Shown: positions 47,050 through 55,727 of the stretch, in pieces
Numbering within the stretch: position 1 is the stretch's first letter
Layout of the letters: the number at the start of each line of letters is the position of its first letter
Origin: Acutalibacteraceae bacterium
GTDB taxonomy: Bacteria; Bacillota; Clostridia; Oscillospirales; Acutalibacteraceae
NCBI GenBank assembly: GCA_045590675.1
Contig: JAZNRJ010000040.1
Span: 15,544-79,543, forward strand
Length of the DNA stretch: 64,000 nt
Direction: 5' to 3'
Notes under the pieces: model-generated
Database searches by the model: none
What the model was told of the DNA's origin: nothing
Seen by the model: only the letters and a program-made list of their open reading frames with translations
Position numbers and translations under genes: made by a program

Positions 47050-48744
47050 ATGAATTGGTTAAGAATTGCATTTTCGTATATTATCACAGTAATTATAGTG
47101 TTATTCAGCGGCGGTGTTGATTCAATAAATAACACCGAATTTAACGTTGATGCAACATCGGTAAGTTATGAGCTTACTAACCCTGCAAGCAACGTTAACA
47201 TCTGGTCAATCAGCGGCAATCCGTTTGTTGATAAAAAAATCAATGATGAAAACAACATTTTTGAATTTGTTGAGTATGTTCAGTTTATGCAATGCTCAGG
47301 CGGCAACGCTGAAAGAGACCTTTTTGTTGACCCTTACGACAAAACCGTTCTCGATGACTATGACTTCACGGTTTTAATTGATAACTGCAGAGGTGTTCTT
47401 GAACTCGGAGCAAAGCCGTTTTTAAAGCTTGGCAGCGTTCCTCTTAAATATTCAGCAAAAGCTGACCCCAACGCATATTTCGGCACTAACATTTATCCAC
47501 CTGATGATTACAACGTATATTACAATTATATCGCCGCAATAGCTCAGGCACTTGTTGATGAATTCGGCAAAGAGGAGGTTCTTACCTGGCGATTCGGTGT
47601 TATGACAGAATATGAAAACGCTTCTTGGTTTATGGCAAACAGCGGCAACCCCGACGAATCAGCAACAGAATACTGCAAGCTTTATGACTATACAGTTCAA
47701 GCATTAATTGACATTATTGGCAAAGATATATTTGTTGGTGCACATTCAATGACTGTAACAGAAGGGCTTTGGGACGAAGCTTTGTTTATCAACCACTGTG
47801 CTAACGGAATCAACCATAAAACCGGTGAAAAAGGTTCAAGAATTTGCTATCTTTCCGCTTCTTTCTATGATGCTGCACCCGGCGAATACACCTCTGGGTA
47901 CACACTGCCCGAAACAATTGCTTATTTAAGAAACACAGCCGAAAAAGCAGGTCTTAACAACCTTATTTACGGCATTGATGAAGGCAGAATTCTTTGCGGC
48001 AATTCAAGCGGAACAGACAGCGACGAGCTTTTAAATCGCACCTGCGGCTATACTTATCAGGCTGCTTATGACGCAAGGCTTTTCAAGCAAATGTTTGTTA
48101 ACAGAATTGATTATTTTTCAGCCTGGGGTTATCTTTCAAACGGATTTTTCGATGGTAACCCTACAGTAAGCTATCACGTTGCAAAGCATGCAGCCAAATT
48201 CGGCGCTTGCAAGCTTGTTGACACAACAAAAACAAAATCGGACTATGTTTACGGTGCAGAGGTTGATAGCGTTTCAGCTTTAAGCCCGGACGGCAAAACT
48301 CTGCATATTATGGCGTATAACTTCAAGAATGACGTTGAATATAAATATGATGCCGACCTTAAATTCAGCATTAAACTGCCCGAAAGCTTTGGCGAAAAAG
48401 CAAAAATCACGGCATACGTTATCAACGACGACTGCAATTATTTTGACGAATGGGTTAAGGACAGAGAAACCTATGGCATTGGCGACGATTGCTTTGCATG
48501 GTCACCCGATGATCCTTGTATTGACAACCCCACAACGCTCAAAGATCCCGAGGCAAGAGAAATTTATCAAAAAGAGCTTTACGCAAAATATACCGAATGT
48601 TCAAAGCTGACACCGGTTGAGCAGTCTGTTGATGTAAACAGCGGCCAAATTGAGCTTAACATTACTCTTGAACCGAATGCAGTTGTGTTTTATGAAATAA
48701 CATCAAATAATCAGAAACCCCTGTACACAGCAGTACAGGGGTGA
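47050..48744 (+). CDS. Exported GH39-like (clan GH-A) glycoside hydrolase
   Basis: Hydrophobic N-terminus; PPDDY..YYNYI..I...L...FG...V..WRFGV.TE and IDEG as candidate catalytic glutamates. Confidence 0.65.
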   Translation: MNWLRIAFSYIITVIIVLFSGGVDSINNTEFNVDATSVSYELTNPASNVNIWSISGNPFVDKKINDENNIFEFVEYVQFMQCSGGNAERDLFVDPYDKTVLDDYDFTVLIDNCRGVLELGAKPFLKLGSVPLKYSAKADPNAYFGTNIYPPDDYNVYYNYIAAIAQALVDEFGKEEVLTWRFGVMTEYENASWFMANSGNPDESATEYCKLYDYTVQALIDIIGKDIFVGAHSMTVTEGLWDEALFINHCANGINHKTGEKGSRICYLSASFYDAAPGEYTSGYTLPETIAYLRNTAEKAGLNNLIYGIDEGRILCGNSSGTDSDELLNRTCGYTYQAAYDARLFKQMFVNRIDYFSAWGYLSNGFFDGNPTVSYHVAKHAAKFGACKLVDTTKTKSDYVYGAEVDSVSALSPDGKTLHIMAYNFKNDVEYKYDADLKFSIKLPESFGEKAKITAYVINDDCNYFDEWVKDRETYGIGDDCFAWSPDDPCIDNPTTLKDPEAREIYQKELYAKYTECSKLTPVEQSVDVNSGQIELNITLEPNAVVFYEITSNNQKPLYTAVQG

Positions 48745-48750
48745 TTTTTT
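48715..48750 (+). terminator. Terminator overlapping the end of the GH39-like gene
   Basis: ACCCCTGTAC/GTACAGGGGT stem followed by a T tract. Confidence 0.75.
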
Positions 48751-48758
48751 GCAAAAAA

Positions 48759-48846
48759 AATGAACAATGAACAATAACAAATGCGGAAACAATCGGCTCT
48801 TGCATGCGTTATGTTAATTCCGAATCTGTACTATTCATTATTCATT
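48759..48846. repeat. Imperfect palindromic element with 7-nt unit arms (REP/MITE-like)
   Basis: Left arm AATGAACAATGAACAATAA, right arm TATTCATTATTCATT, with an inner CGGAA/TTCCG pair. Confidence 0.5.
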
Positions 48847-48881
48847 AATTAATGCCCTTGAGTGCGCAAGCAAAGGCATTC

Positions 48882-48968
48882 TGGTGCCGGTGACCGGACT
48901 TGAACCGGTACGATGTTGCCACCGAGGGATTTTAAGTCCCTTGCGTCTGCCGATTTCGCCACACCGGC
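48882..48968 (-). tRNA. tRNA-Leu(UAA)
   Basis: GCCGGTGTGGCGAAATCGGCAGACGC..., anticodon arm AGGGA-CTTAAAA-TCCCT, long variable arm, GGTTCAAGTCC and CCA; 87 nt. Confidence 0.97.
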
Positions 48969-49021
48969 AACTAAACTAGATTTTTGGGCATAACTCACCC
49001 ATTCAATCTACCAGCGGTAAC

Positions 49022-49050
49022 ATTATAGTCCATCAGCGGCAATTTGTCAA
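49022..49050 (-). promoter_or_regulatory. Consensus sigmaA promoter of tRNA-Leu
   Basis: Minus-strand TTGACA, 17 bp, TATAAT. Confidence 0.85.
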
Positions 49051-49078
49051 TAAAAAATGATGTTTTTTTGACATCAAC

Positions 49079-50725
49079 TCATTTTTGCATATTTTTTCTT
49101 ACTATTTTAAGGGTTGTTGTTTTGGGGAATTCTGTGTCACGAACCTTAACTTTGCCTATATTTTTAAACAGAGGCATTTTGCGGTTGAAATCATTAACAT
49201 CTGCTTTAATACGGCTTCTTGCATCAGGATAATCTTCTTCATTAAGGAAGAATTCGGCAACAATTTTTTTGTCTTCTTCATAGACAAGAACTTCCTGAAC
49301 ATAGTCAATTGCCGAAAGCTTATCTTCAAGTTCTTCAGGCGAAACATTTTTGCCGTTGGAAAGAACAATAAGATTCTTTTTTCTGCCAATCATAAAGAGG
49401 AAGCCGTCTTCATCAATTCTGCCAAAGTCGCCGGTTTTAAACCATTCGCCGTCAAAAGCTGCCGCCGTTGCTTCGGGGTCATCATAATAACCCTTCATAA
49501 CGTTAATTCCTTTAACGTAAATTTCACCAACGCCTTCTTCGTCAGGATCGTGAATTTTAATCTCACAGCAATCCAGCGGAACGCCAACAGAACCAAACTT
49601 AAACTTACCCGGTCTGTTGCAGGTAATTGCAGGAGAACATTCGGTCAGGCCATAGCCGTTATAAACATCAATGCCGATTTCTTGCATTCCCTTTTCATAT
49701 TTGGGATCAAGGTTTGCACCGCCGCAAACAATCATATCAAGATTTCCGCCGAGGTTATCATGGATTGTTTTAAACAGCTTCCTTCTTCTGTCAATGCCGA
49801 GTTTCAGAAGGAAGTTGCTGATTTTAATTCCTTTTTTAAGAACATCTTCTCTGCCTGTTTTTCTTGCGGTTTTCCAGATACGGTCATAAATTGTTTCAAC
49901 AACAAGAGGAACACCTGAGAAGTTATAAGGTTTAATCTTTTTAAGGTCTGCCTGAATTGATTTTATGCTGTCGCAAAGATAGCCCCATTCAATAATGATA
50001 TAGCATGAGAACAAAGCGCTGACCCATGCATATGTATGGTTAAGGGGCAAAAATCCGATTGCGTGTTTACCTGAAAGAATTCGGCAGGATGAAGAGCAGT
50101 TAGCGGCAATGTTACGGTGAGTGAGCATTACGCCCTTACTTTTGCCTGTTGTGCCCGAAGTGTAAACAATGCAAGCAAGGTCCTCAGGTTTAACCTCAGC
50201 TTCAACAGCCTCGGTCATTCCGCCATCATAAAGCTTATAGCCTTCAGCTCTGTATTCATCAAAATTATTAATATTAAAATAATGTTTAAGCGGTGAATCT
50301 GAGCGTGATTTAAAATCCTCAATCATCGCAGAGAAATTATCGGAATAAACAAGTGCATCGCAGTCACAGCGAAGAATCTGATCAAAAAGGTCATCTGCCG
50401 GCAACTTGCAATCCATAGGAACAGAAATATTACCGCCAACAAGAGTTGAATAATAAGCTATCATCCAATCATAGGAATTCTCGGCAATGATGCAGATCTT
50501 TTTTTGCTCAGTAAGGCCCTTGGAAGCAAAAAAAGTTGTTATACCGCAGATTTCACGCCAGGTCTGATTAAAGCTGCGTTCACACTCCTGTTTATTCTTA
50601 TCAAGAAACATAAACTGTCTTTTATCGCCGCCGCGTTCTGTGCCGCTGATGATAATTTCTTTTAAGGTCATATACTCGGGTATATTACTGTTACCCATAT
50701 TTTTGTGAGAATTGTTTTTAAACAA
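49079..50725 (-). CDS. Long-chain acyl-CoA synthetase (AMP-binding)
   Basis: YTSGTTGKSKGVML, GYGLTE, TGDFG and GRKKNLIVLSNGKNVSPEE; likely TTG start at 50725 behind GGAGG. Confidence 0.9.
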   Translation of the reverse strand: MFKNNSHKNMGNSNIPEYMTLKEIIISGTERGGDKRQFMFLDKNKQECERSFNQTWREICGITTFFASKGLTEQKKICIIAENSYDWMIAYYSTLVGGNISVPMDCKLPADDLFDQILRCDCDALVYSDNFSAMIEDFKSRSDSPLKHYFNINNFDEYRAEGYKLYDGGMTEAVEAEVKPEDLACIVYTSGTTGKSKGVMLTHRNIAANCSSSCRILSGKHAIGFLPLNHTYAWVSALFSCYIIIEWGYLCDSIKSIQADLKKIKPYNFSGVPLVVETIYDRIWKTARKTGREDVLKKGIKISNFLLKLGIDRRRKLFKTIHDNLGGNLDMIVCGGANLDPKYEKGMQEIGIDVYNGYGLTECSPAITCNRPGKFKFGSVGVPLDCCEIKIHDPDEEGVGEIYVKGINVMKGYYDDPEATAAAFDGEWFKTGDFGRIDEDGFLFMIGRKKNLIVLSNGKNVSPEELEDKLSAIDYVQEVLVYEEDKKIVAEFFLNEEDYPDARSRIKADVNDFNRKMPLFKNIGKVKVRDTEFPKTTTLKIVRKNMQK

Positions 50726-50866
50726 AATATAGTCCTCCAAAGTAAATAATCAAGTCTATAATAGAATTTAACACAAAAATATTAAAATTTCAACAAATTT
50801 CTCTTGATTTAATTCAGTCAATATTATATTATTGTATGGTATAAAACTTTTCAAGGGAGAATCGTA

Positions 50867-51325
50867 ATGAAAATTTTTGTTGTATGCTTGCTGTCATGGT
50901 TTATCGCACAGCTTATCAAAATCATAATTAACACAGTTAAATATTTTTGGGCTAAAAAGAAAGGCATCAAAAGAGGCAAAATAACAGTTTCAACATTTTT
51001 CAAGCTTGGCGGTATGCCCAGCTCTCACACGGCAACTGTTATCGCACTCAGCGGTTGCATTGCTCTTACTGAAGGCTGGAACTCACCCATTTTTGCTGTC
51101 AGCGGTGTTTTTGCTTTTATAACAATGTTTGACGCATTTATGGTAAGACTGCCTGTTCAGCGCCTCACCGAAGCCTTTAACCGCCTGCAAGCAAAAGTTT
51201 GCGGTGACGAAGTTGAAGACGTTAAGAAGGTTGAAGGGCACACTATACCCGAAATCATCGGCGGATTTATTGTTGGTATTTCCGTTGCTCTTTTTATGGT
51301 TGAAGTTGTTGGATTTTTGGGTTAA
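50867..51325 (+). CDS. Divergent PAP2 (YuiD/DUF212-like) membrane protein
   Basis: GGMPSSHTA, ITMFDA..VR and GHTIPEI.GG. Confidence 0.88.
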   Translation: MKIFVVCLLSWFIAQLIKIIINTVKYFWAKKKGIKRGKITVSTFFKLGGMPSSHTATVIALSGCIALTEGWNSPIFAVSGVFAFITMFDAFMVRLPVQRLTEAFNRLQAKVCGDEVEDVKKVEGHTIPEIIGGFIVGISVALFMVEVVGFLG

Positions 51326-51915
51326 TGAAACTTTATATCAAAAATATTAGCGAAGTTAATAACGAAGAACTGTTAAAAGGATATTCCTCTCTTTCTGCAG
51401 AACGCAAGGCGTATATTGATAATTTCAAAAATGAAAAATCAAAAAAGCCTCGCATAATAGCGGATATGATTGCAAGAACAGCAATATCTGATTTTTGCAA
51501 TATAAAAAGAGAAGATATTCTTTTTTCTCTGTCAGATTCAGGCAAACCTTATTGCTCAAACGCAGATGTTCACTTCAGCATAAGCCACAGTGCAGATAAA
51601 GTAATTTGTGCTGTTTCTGACAAACCTGTTGGTGCAGATATTGAGTTAATTAGGAAAATAAATTTCAGAGCAGCTGACCGATTCGCAACAAATGAAGAAA
51701 AAAAGTATATAGACCAAAATACTGAAAACTTTTTTAGAATATGGACTTTAAAAGAAGCATATTTTAAATGTATCGGTTCAGGGCTTAATTCTAAAATTAA
51801 AAATATTTCTTTCACCGTTAACTCGGATTTGATTTCAGCCAATGTTGAAGGATTCAAATTCAGATTTCACGATATTTCAGACGGTTATATCTGCAGCGTA
51901 TGTGAAAAAATTTAA
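51325..51915 (+). CDS. 4'-phosphopantetheinyl transferase (Sfp-like)
   Basis: GKP, FSISHS, VGADIE and WTLKEAYFKCIGSGL; coupled to the previous gene through TAATG. Confidence 0.92.
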   Translation: MKLYIKNISEVNNEELLKGYSSLSAERKAYIDNFKNEKSKKPRIIADMIARTAISDFCNIKREDILFSLSDSGKPYCSNADVHFSISHSADKVICAVSDKPVGADIELIRKINFRAADRFATNEEKKYIDQNTENFFRIWTLKEAYFKCIGSGLNSKIKNISFTVNSDLISANVEGFKFRFHDISDGYICSVCEKI

Positions 51916-51929
51916 CACAGAGGTTACGC

Positions 51930-52502
51930 ATGGAAACAATAAATAATTTTATAAATGAACAAGGCGGCTTTACTTATCTTTTTTCGCAGTTTTTAAGTAT
52001 TGTTGCAACTGTTCTTCTTTTGCTCTCATATCAGCAAAAGACCCACCGCAGAATTGTTATTATGCAAGCTTTTTCGGGCTTGCTTTTCGGCACACAGTAT
52101 CTTATGATCGGTGCATACGAAGGCATGATGTGCAATTACATAGGAATGATAAGGTCAATCTCCTATTCATTCAGAGGCAAAAATAAGTTTGCAGATTCCG
52201 TTATTTGCCCCGCAATATTTGCAAGCGCATTTATTGTAAGCGGATTTTTTACTTATGAATCTCCGCTTTCGCTTTTGCCAACAGTTGCAATGGTTATATC
52301 ATCTTTTGTTATGTGGATACCCAAAACTCAGGAATTAAGAGTTTTATCTCTCCCAACCTGCGCAATGTGGCTTATATATAATATATATTCCAACGCAGCA
52401 ATTGCTGTTTTGACTGAGGTATTCAATATTGTTTCAATTGTAATTGCATTAATTCGTTTCAGTGCATTGGCCGCTAAACGCAAGATCAAGAAAGAAAAAT
52501 AA
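51930..52502 (+). CDS. YgjV-family inner membrane protein
   Basis: LSYQQK, F..QYLMIGAY.G and WLIYN; multi-TM. Confidence 0.75.
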   Translation: METINNFINEQGGFTYLFSQFLSIVATVLLLLSYQQKTHRRIVIMQAFSGLLFGTQYLMIGAYEGMMCNYIGMIRSISYSFRGKNKFADSVICPAIFASAFIVSGFFTYESPLSLLPTVAMVISSFVMWIPKTQELRVLSLPTCAMWLIYNIYSNAAIAVLTEVFNIVSIVIALIRFSALAAKRKIKKEK

Positions 52503-52513
52503 TAATATAATGT

Positions 52514-52543
52514 ATGGCGTGAGCTTAGCTTACGCCATTTTTT
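52514..52543 (+). terminator. Intrinsic terminator
   Basis: ATGGCGTGAGC/GCTTACGCCAT stem followed by a T tract. Confidence 0.8.
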
Positions 52544-52568
52544 GTCAAAAAATTATTTAAAAAAGCTA

Positions 52569-52620
52569 TTGACAAAATGAAATTCCGCATATATAATAAT
52601 GATAACGATTATCGTTATTA
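52569..52620 (+). promoter_or_regulatory. sigmaA promoter with a Fur/PerR box over the transcription start
   Basis: TTGACA 52569-52574, 17 bp, TATAAT 52592-52597, then a perfect 7-1-7 palindrome TAACGAT-T-ATCGTTA at 52603-52617. Confidence 0.8.
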
Positions 52621-52640
52621 ACTTCAAGTGAGGTGATAAT

Positions 52641-53027
52641 ATGACAAAGCACAGCAAGCAACGCGATGCAATTTACAGCAATCTTTGTTCACGAACTGAC
52701 CACCCAACCGCCGAAGAAGTTTATTTTTCATTAAAAAATGAAATACCTGCATTAAGCCTTGCAACAGTTTACAGAAACCTTGCGCAACTTGAAGCAGATA
52801 TGAAAATAATAAAAATCGGTTCCGGCGGAACCGCAAGGTATGACGGCAACATCAGCCCTCATTACCACGTTCTTTGTCTAAACTGCGGAGGAGTTTTTGA
52901 TATTTTTATCACCGATAAAAATTTAAACAAAAACGCAGAAAAACACTTTAACGGTGTGATAGTCACTCACTCTGTTATGTTTCAAGGATATTGTTCCGAA
53001 TGTAAAAACCATTCAGGAATTAATTAA
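52641..53027 (+). CDS. perR: Fur-family regulator, probably PerR
   Basis: HPTAEEVY, SLATVYRNL and HYHVLCLNCG...C.EC; adjacent to rubrerythrin. Confidence 0.85.
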   Translation: MTKHSKQRDAIYSNLCSRTDHPTAEEVYFSLKNEIPALSLATVYRNLAQLEADMKIIKIGSGGTARYDGNISPHYHVLCLNCGGVFDIFITDKNLNKNAEKHFNGVIVTHSVMFQGYCSECKNHSGIN

Positions 53028-53072
53028 ATAATAAAAAATAATTAAATCTTTTATTTTACGGAGGAAAAAATT

Positions 53073-53615
53073 ATGAAAAAATTTGTATGCAGCGTTTGCG
53101 GTTATGTTCACGAAGGCGATTCAGCTCCCGAAAAGTGCCCCCAGTGCGGTGTTCCCGCTTCAAAGTTCAACGAGCAGAGCGGTGAAATGACTTGGGCAGC
53201 AGAGCACGTTCTCGGCGTTGCTCAGGGCGTAAGCGAAGAAATCATTGAAGGTCTCAGAGCAAACTATATGGGTGAATGCACAGAAGTTGGTATGTACCTT
53301 GCAATGGCAAGAGTTGCTCACCGTGAAGGTTACCCCGAAATCGGTCTCTATTGGGAAAAAGCAGCATACGAAGAAGCTGAACACGCAGCAAAATTTGCAG
53401 AACTTCTCGGCGAAGTTGTTACTGACAGCACAAAGAAAAACCTTGAAATGAGAGTTGAAGCAGAAAACGGCGCAACACTCGGTAAGTTTGAGCTTGCTAA
53501 GATGGCAAAAGAACAGAATCTTGATGCTATCCACGATACCGTTCACGAAATGGCTCGTGACGAAGCAAGACACGGCAAGGCATTCGCTGGTCTTCTTGCA
53601 AGATATTTCGGATAA
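53073..53615 (+). CDS. rbr: Reverse rubrerythrin (NADH peroxidase)
   Basis: N-terminal rubredoxin CSVCGY...CPQCG and diiron motifs [14 protein letters not shown] and DEARH. Confidence 0.95.
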   Translation: MKKFVCSVCGYVHEGDSAPEKCPQCGVPASKFNEQSGEMTWAAEHVLGVAQGVSEEIIEGLRANYMGECTEVGMYLAMARVAHREGYPEIGLYWEKAAYEEAEHAAKFAELLGEVVTDSTKKNLEMRVEAENGATLGKFELAKMAKEQNLDAIHDTVHEMARDEARHGKAFAGLLARYFG

Positions 53616-53628
53616 TTGATTGAATTTG

Positions 53629-53660
53629 AAAAGGCACGGAGCCAAAACTCCGTGCCTTTA
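53629..53660. terminator. Bidirectional terminator
   Basis: AAAGGCACGGAG/CTCCGTGCCTTT. Confidence 0.85.
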
Positions 53661-53663
53661 CTG

Positions 53664-54320
53664 TTATGAATGGTTAAGCGTTTCTTCGCTTACGGGGACA
53701 AGCCTTGCCGAGCTGCCGGTCCCCTCCTGTTTGAATTGTTGATCGGGTCGCGGATAATACATCTGCGCAACCCCTTTTTCACCGCCGTTAAGAATAACCT
53801 GAAGCTGACCGAAAACAGGAACTACAAGAGGTATCAGAAAATCATCTGAATTAGAATTCCAAATTGAAAACGCAAAGAACATACAGTTGAAATAAAAACT
53901 CCAGAAATTCGGATAATCTCTTAAATCGCTGCTTAATTTATCAAACTCGCTTTGAGTCAAATATTGAGTAATTGACCAGCAGTTGTCAATATTATCATCT
54001 CGGTTTTCTCTGTAAGCTTCAACGTTATAATATAAACCCCAGCCATCAGAAACCGAAAACGAAAAACACCCTACCGAAACGCCTTCTCCGGGAGGAACTG
54101 TATATAGACCAACTTTCAAAGGCTTGTCGCTCAGATTCTCAACATAAATCCATTCGTGACCCGCAACCGGAAAAAGATAAATTGTTGAAAACAAAGAAAA
54201 ACGTGCAACTACTTTTTCTTGATTATCAATAACTGCCGCTTGCTGTTCCACCGCAGCAGAAGAAACAGTTAAAGAAAAAGCTAAAATTACAGCCATTAAT
54301 AATGAGCAAAACTTTTTCAT
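53664..54320 (-). CDS. Secreted hypothetical protein, possibly a permuted papain-like enzyme
   Basis: Signal peptide; GHEWIY early and FNCMFFAFSIWN late. Confidence 0.6.
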   Translation of the reverse strand: MKKFCSLLMAVILAFSLTVSSAAVEQQAAVIDNQEKVVARFSLFSTIYLFPVAGHEWIYVENLSDKPLKVGLYTVPPGEGVSVGCFSFSVSDGWGLYYNVEAYRENRDDNIDNCWSITQYLTQSEFDKLSSDLRDYPNFWSFYFNCMFFAFSIWNSNSDDFLIPLVVPVFGQLQVILNGGEKGVAQMYYPRPDQQFKQEGTGSSARLVPVSEETLNHS

Positions 54321-54468
54321 ATAATTTCCTCAATTCAAAATCATTTTTGATTATTATACTCCAATAATAATTTGAAATCAACTTAAATTTTATAATTTAT
54401 AACGATTGTTAGTAAAGGTTAAAGATGATATAATAATCAATAAGAAATTTGATTTACTCGGTGATAAT

Positions 54469-55683
54469 ATGAGATGTTTTGAAAAATCAAAAAAACTTGA
54501 TAATGTTTGCTACGATATAAGAGGACCTGTTATGGACGAGGCGATTGCTATGGAAGCCAACGGCATAGATATTCTTAAGCTCAACATCGGCAACCCTGCC
54601 CCTTTCGGTTTCAATGCTCCCGATGAAATTGTTGTTGATATGATTTATAACCTGCGTTCAACCGAGGGTTATTCCGATTCAAAAGGTCTTTTTAACGCAA
54701 GAAAAGCAATTATGCAATACTGCCAATTAAAAAACATACCAAATGTAGGGATAAACGATATTTATACAGGCAACGGAGTTAGTGAGCTTATAACAATGTC
54801 AATGCAGGGTTTGCTTGACAGCGGAGACGAAATTCTTGTTCCGATGCCCGACTATCCCCTCTGGACCGCATCGGTTACTCTTGCAGGCGGAACTGCAGTA
54901 CATTATATTTGCGACGAACAAGCTGACTGGAATCCCGACATTGATGATATAAAGAAAAAAATCAACTCAAAAACAAAGGGTATTGTTATTATCAATCCCA
55001 ACAATCCCACAGGTGCTCTCTATTCCAAAGAGGTTCTTGAGCAAATTGTAAATATAGCAAGAGAACACGAATTGATAATCTTTGCTGATGAGATTTATGA
55101 CCGCCTTGTTTTTGACGGAGAAACTCACATTGCGATAGCTTCTCTTGCTCCGGATTTGCTTACTGTTTGTTTCAACGGGCTTTCGAAATCGCATAAGGTT
55201 GCAGGTTACAGATCAGGCTGGATGTGCCTTGCAGGCGATAAAACAAAAGCCAAGGGTTATATTGAAGGATTAAACCTTCTTTCAAATATGCGTCTTTGCT
55301 CAAACGTGCCCGCCCAAAGTATAATTCAGACAGCATTGGGAGGCATACAGTCCGGCGATTCTCTTTTGCAGCCGGGCGGCAGAATATACGAACAACGCAA
55401 TTATATTTACGAAGCGTTGAATTCAATTCCCGGCATCACAGCAACAAAGCCGAAAGCAGCGTTTTATATATTCCCCAAAATTGATACGAAGAAATTTAAT
55501 ATAACAAACGACGAGCAATTTGCTCTCGATTTGTTAAAACAGAAAAAGATTCTTGTTACTTGCGGCACGGGCTTCAACTGGAATAAACCCGACCATTTCA
55601 GAATTGTTTTTCTGCCCGAACTGAGAACACTGAAAGAAGCAACAGAAAAACTTACCGATTTCCTGGCTGAATATAAGCAATAA
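54469..55683 (+). CDS. alaA: Class I/II PLP aminotransferase (AlaA-like)
   Basis: KSKKLDNVCYDIRGP, LNIGNPA, INPNNPTG, DEIYD and PLP lysine in LSKSHKVAGYRSGW. Confidence 0.9.
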   Translation: MRCFEKSKKLDNVCYDIRGPVMDEAIAMEANGIDILKLNIGNPAPFGFNAPDEIVVDMIYNLRSTEGYSDSKGLFNARKAIMQYCQLKNIPNVGINDIYTGNGVSELITMSMQGLLDSGDEILVPMPDYPLWTASVTLAGGTAVHYICDEQADWNPDIDDIKKKINSKTKGIVIINPNNPTGALYSKEVLEQIVNIAREHELIIFADEIYDRLVFDGETHIAIASLAPDLLTVCFNGLSKSHKVAGYRSGWMCLAGDKTKAKGYIEGLNLLSNMRLCSNVPAQSIIQTALGGIQSGDSLLQPGGRIYEQRNYIYEALNSIPGITATKPKAAFYIFPKIDTKKFNITNDEQFALDLLKQKKILVTCGTGFNWNKPDHFRIVFLPELRTLKEATEKLTDFLAEYKQ

Positions 55684-55722
55684 AAATACCGCCCTGCTCT
55701 GTAATGAGCAAGGCGGATTTTT
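55682..55722. terminator. Bidirectional terminator
   Basis: CCGCCCTGCTC/GAGCAAGGCGG flanked by A and T tracts. Confidence 0.75.
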
Positions 55723-55727
55723 AATGT

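Noticed and set aside
48882-48968. tRNA-Leu as an att site
   Set aside because: No second copy of its 3' end was noticed in the window, and there is no integrase.
48975-49012. Hairpin in the tRNA-Leu precursor leader (TAGATT..TGGG/CCCA..AATCTA)
   Set aside because: A short, AT-rich stem that is plausible by chance, with no other support for an independent RNA.
49085-49918. 277-aa plus-strand ORF
   Set aside because: It lies fully antisense to the acyl-CoA synthetase and has no RBS or recognisable motifs; a shadow ORF.
53160-53645. 161-aa minus-strand ORF
   Set aside because: Antisense to the strongly biased rubrerythrin gene; such shadows are expected.
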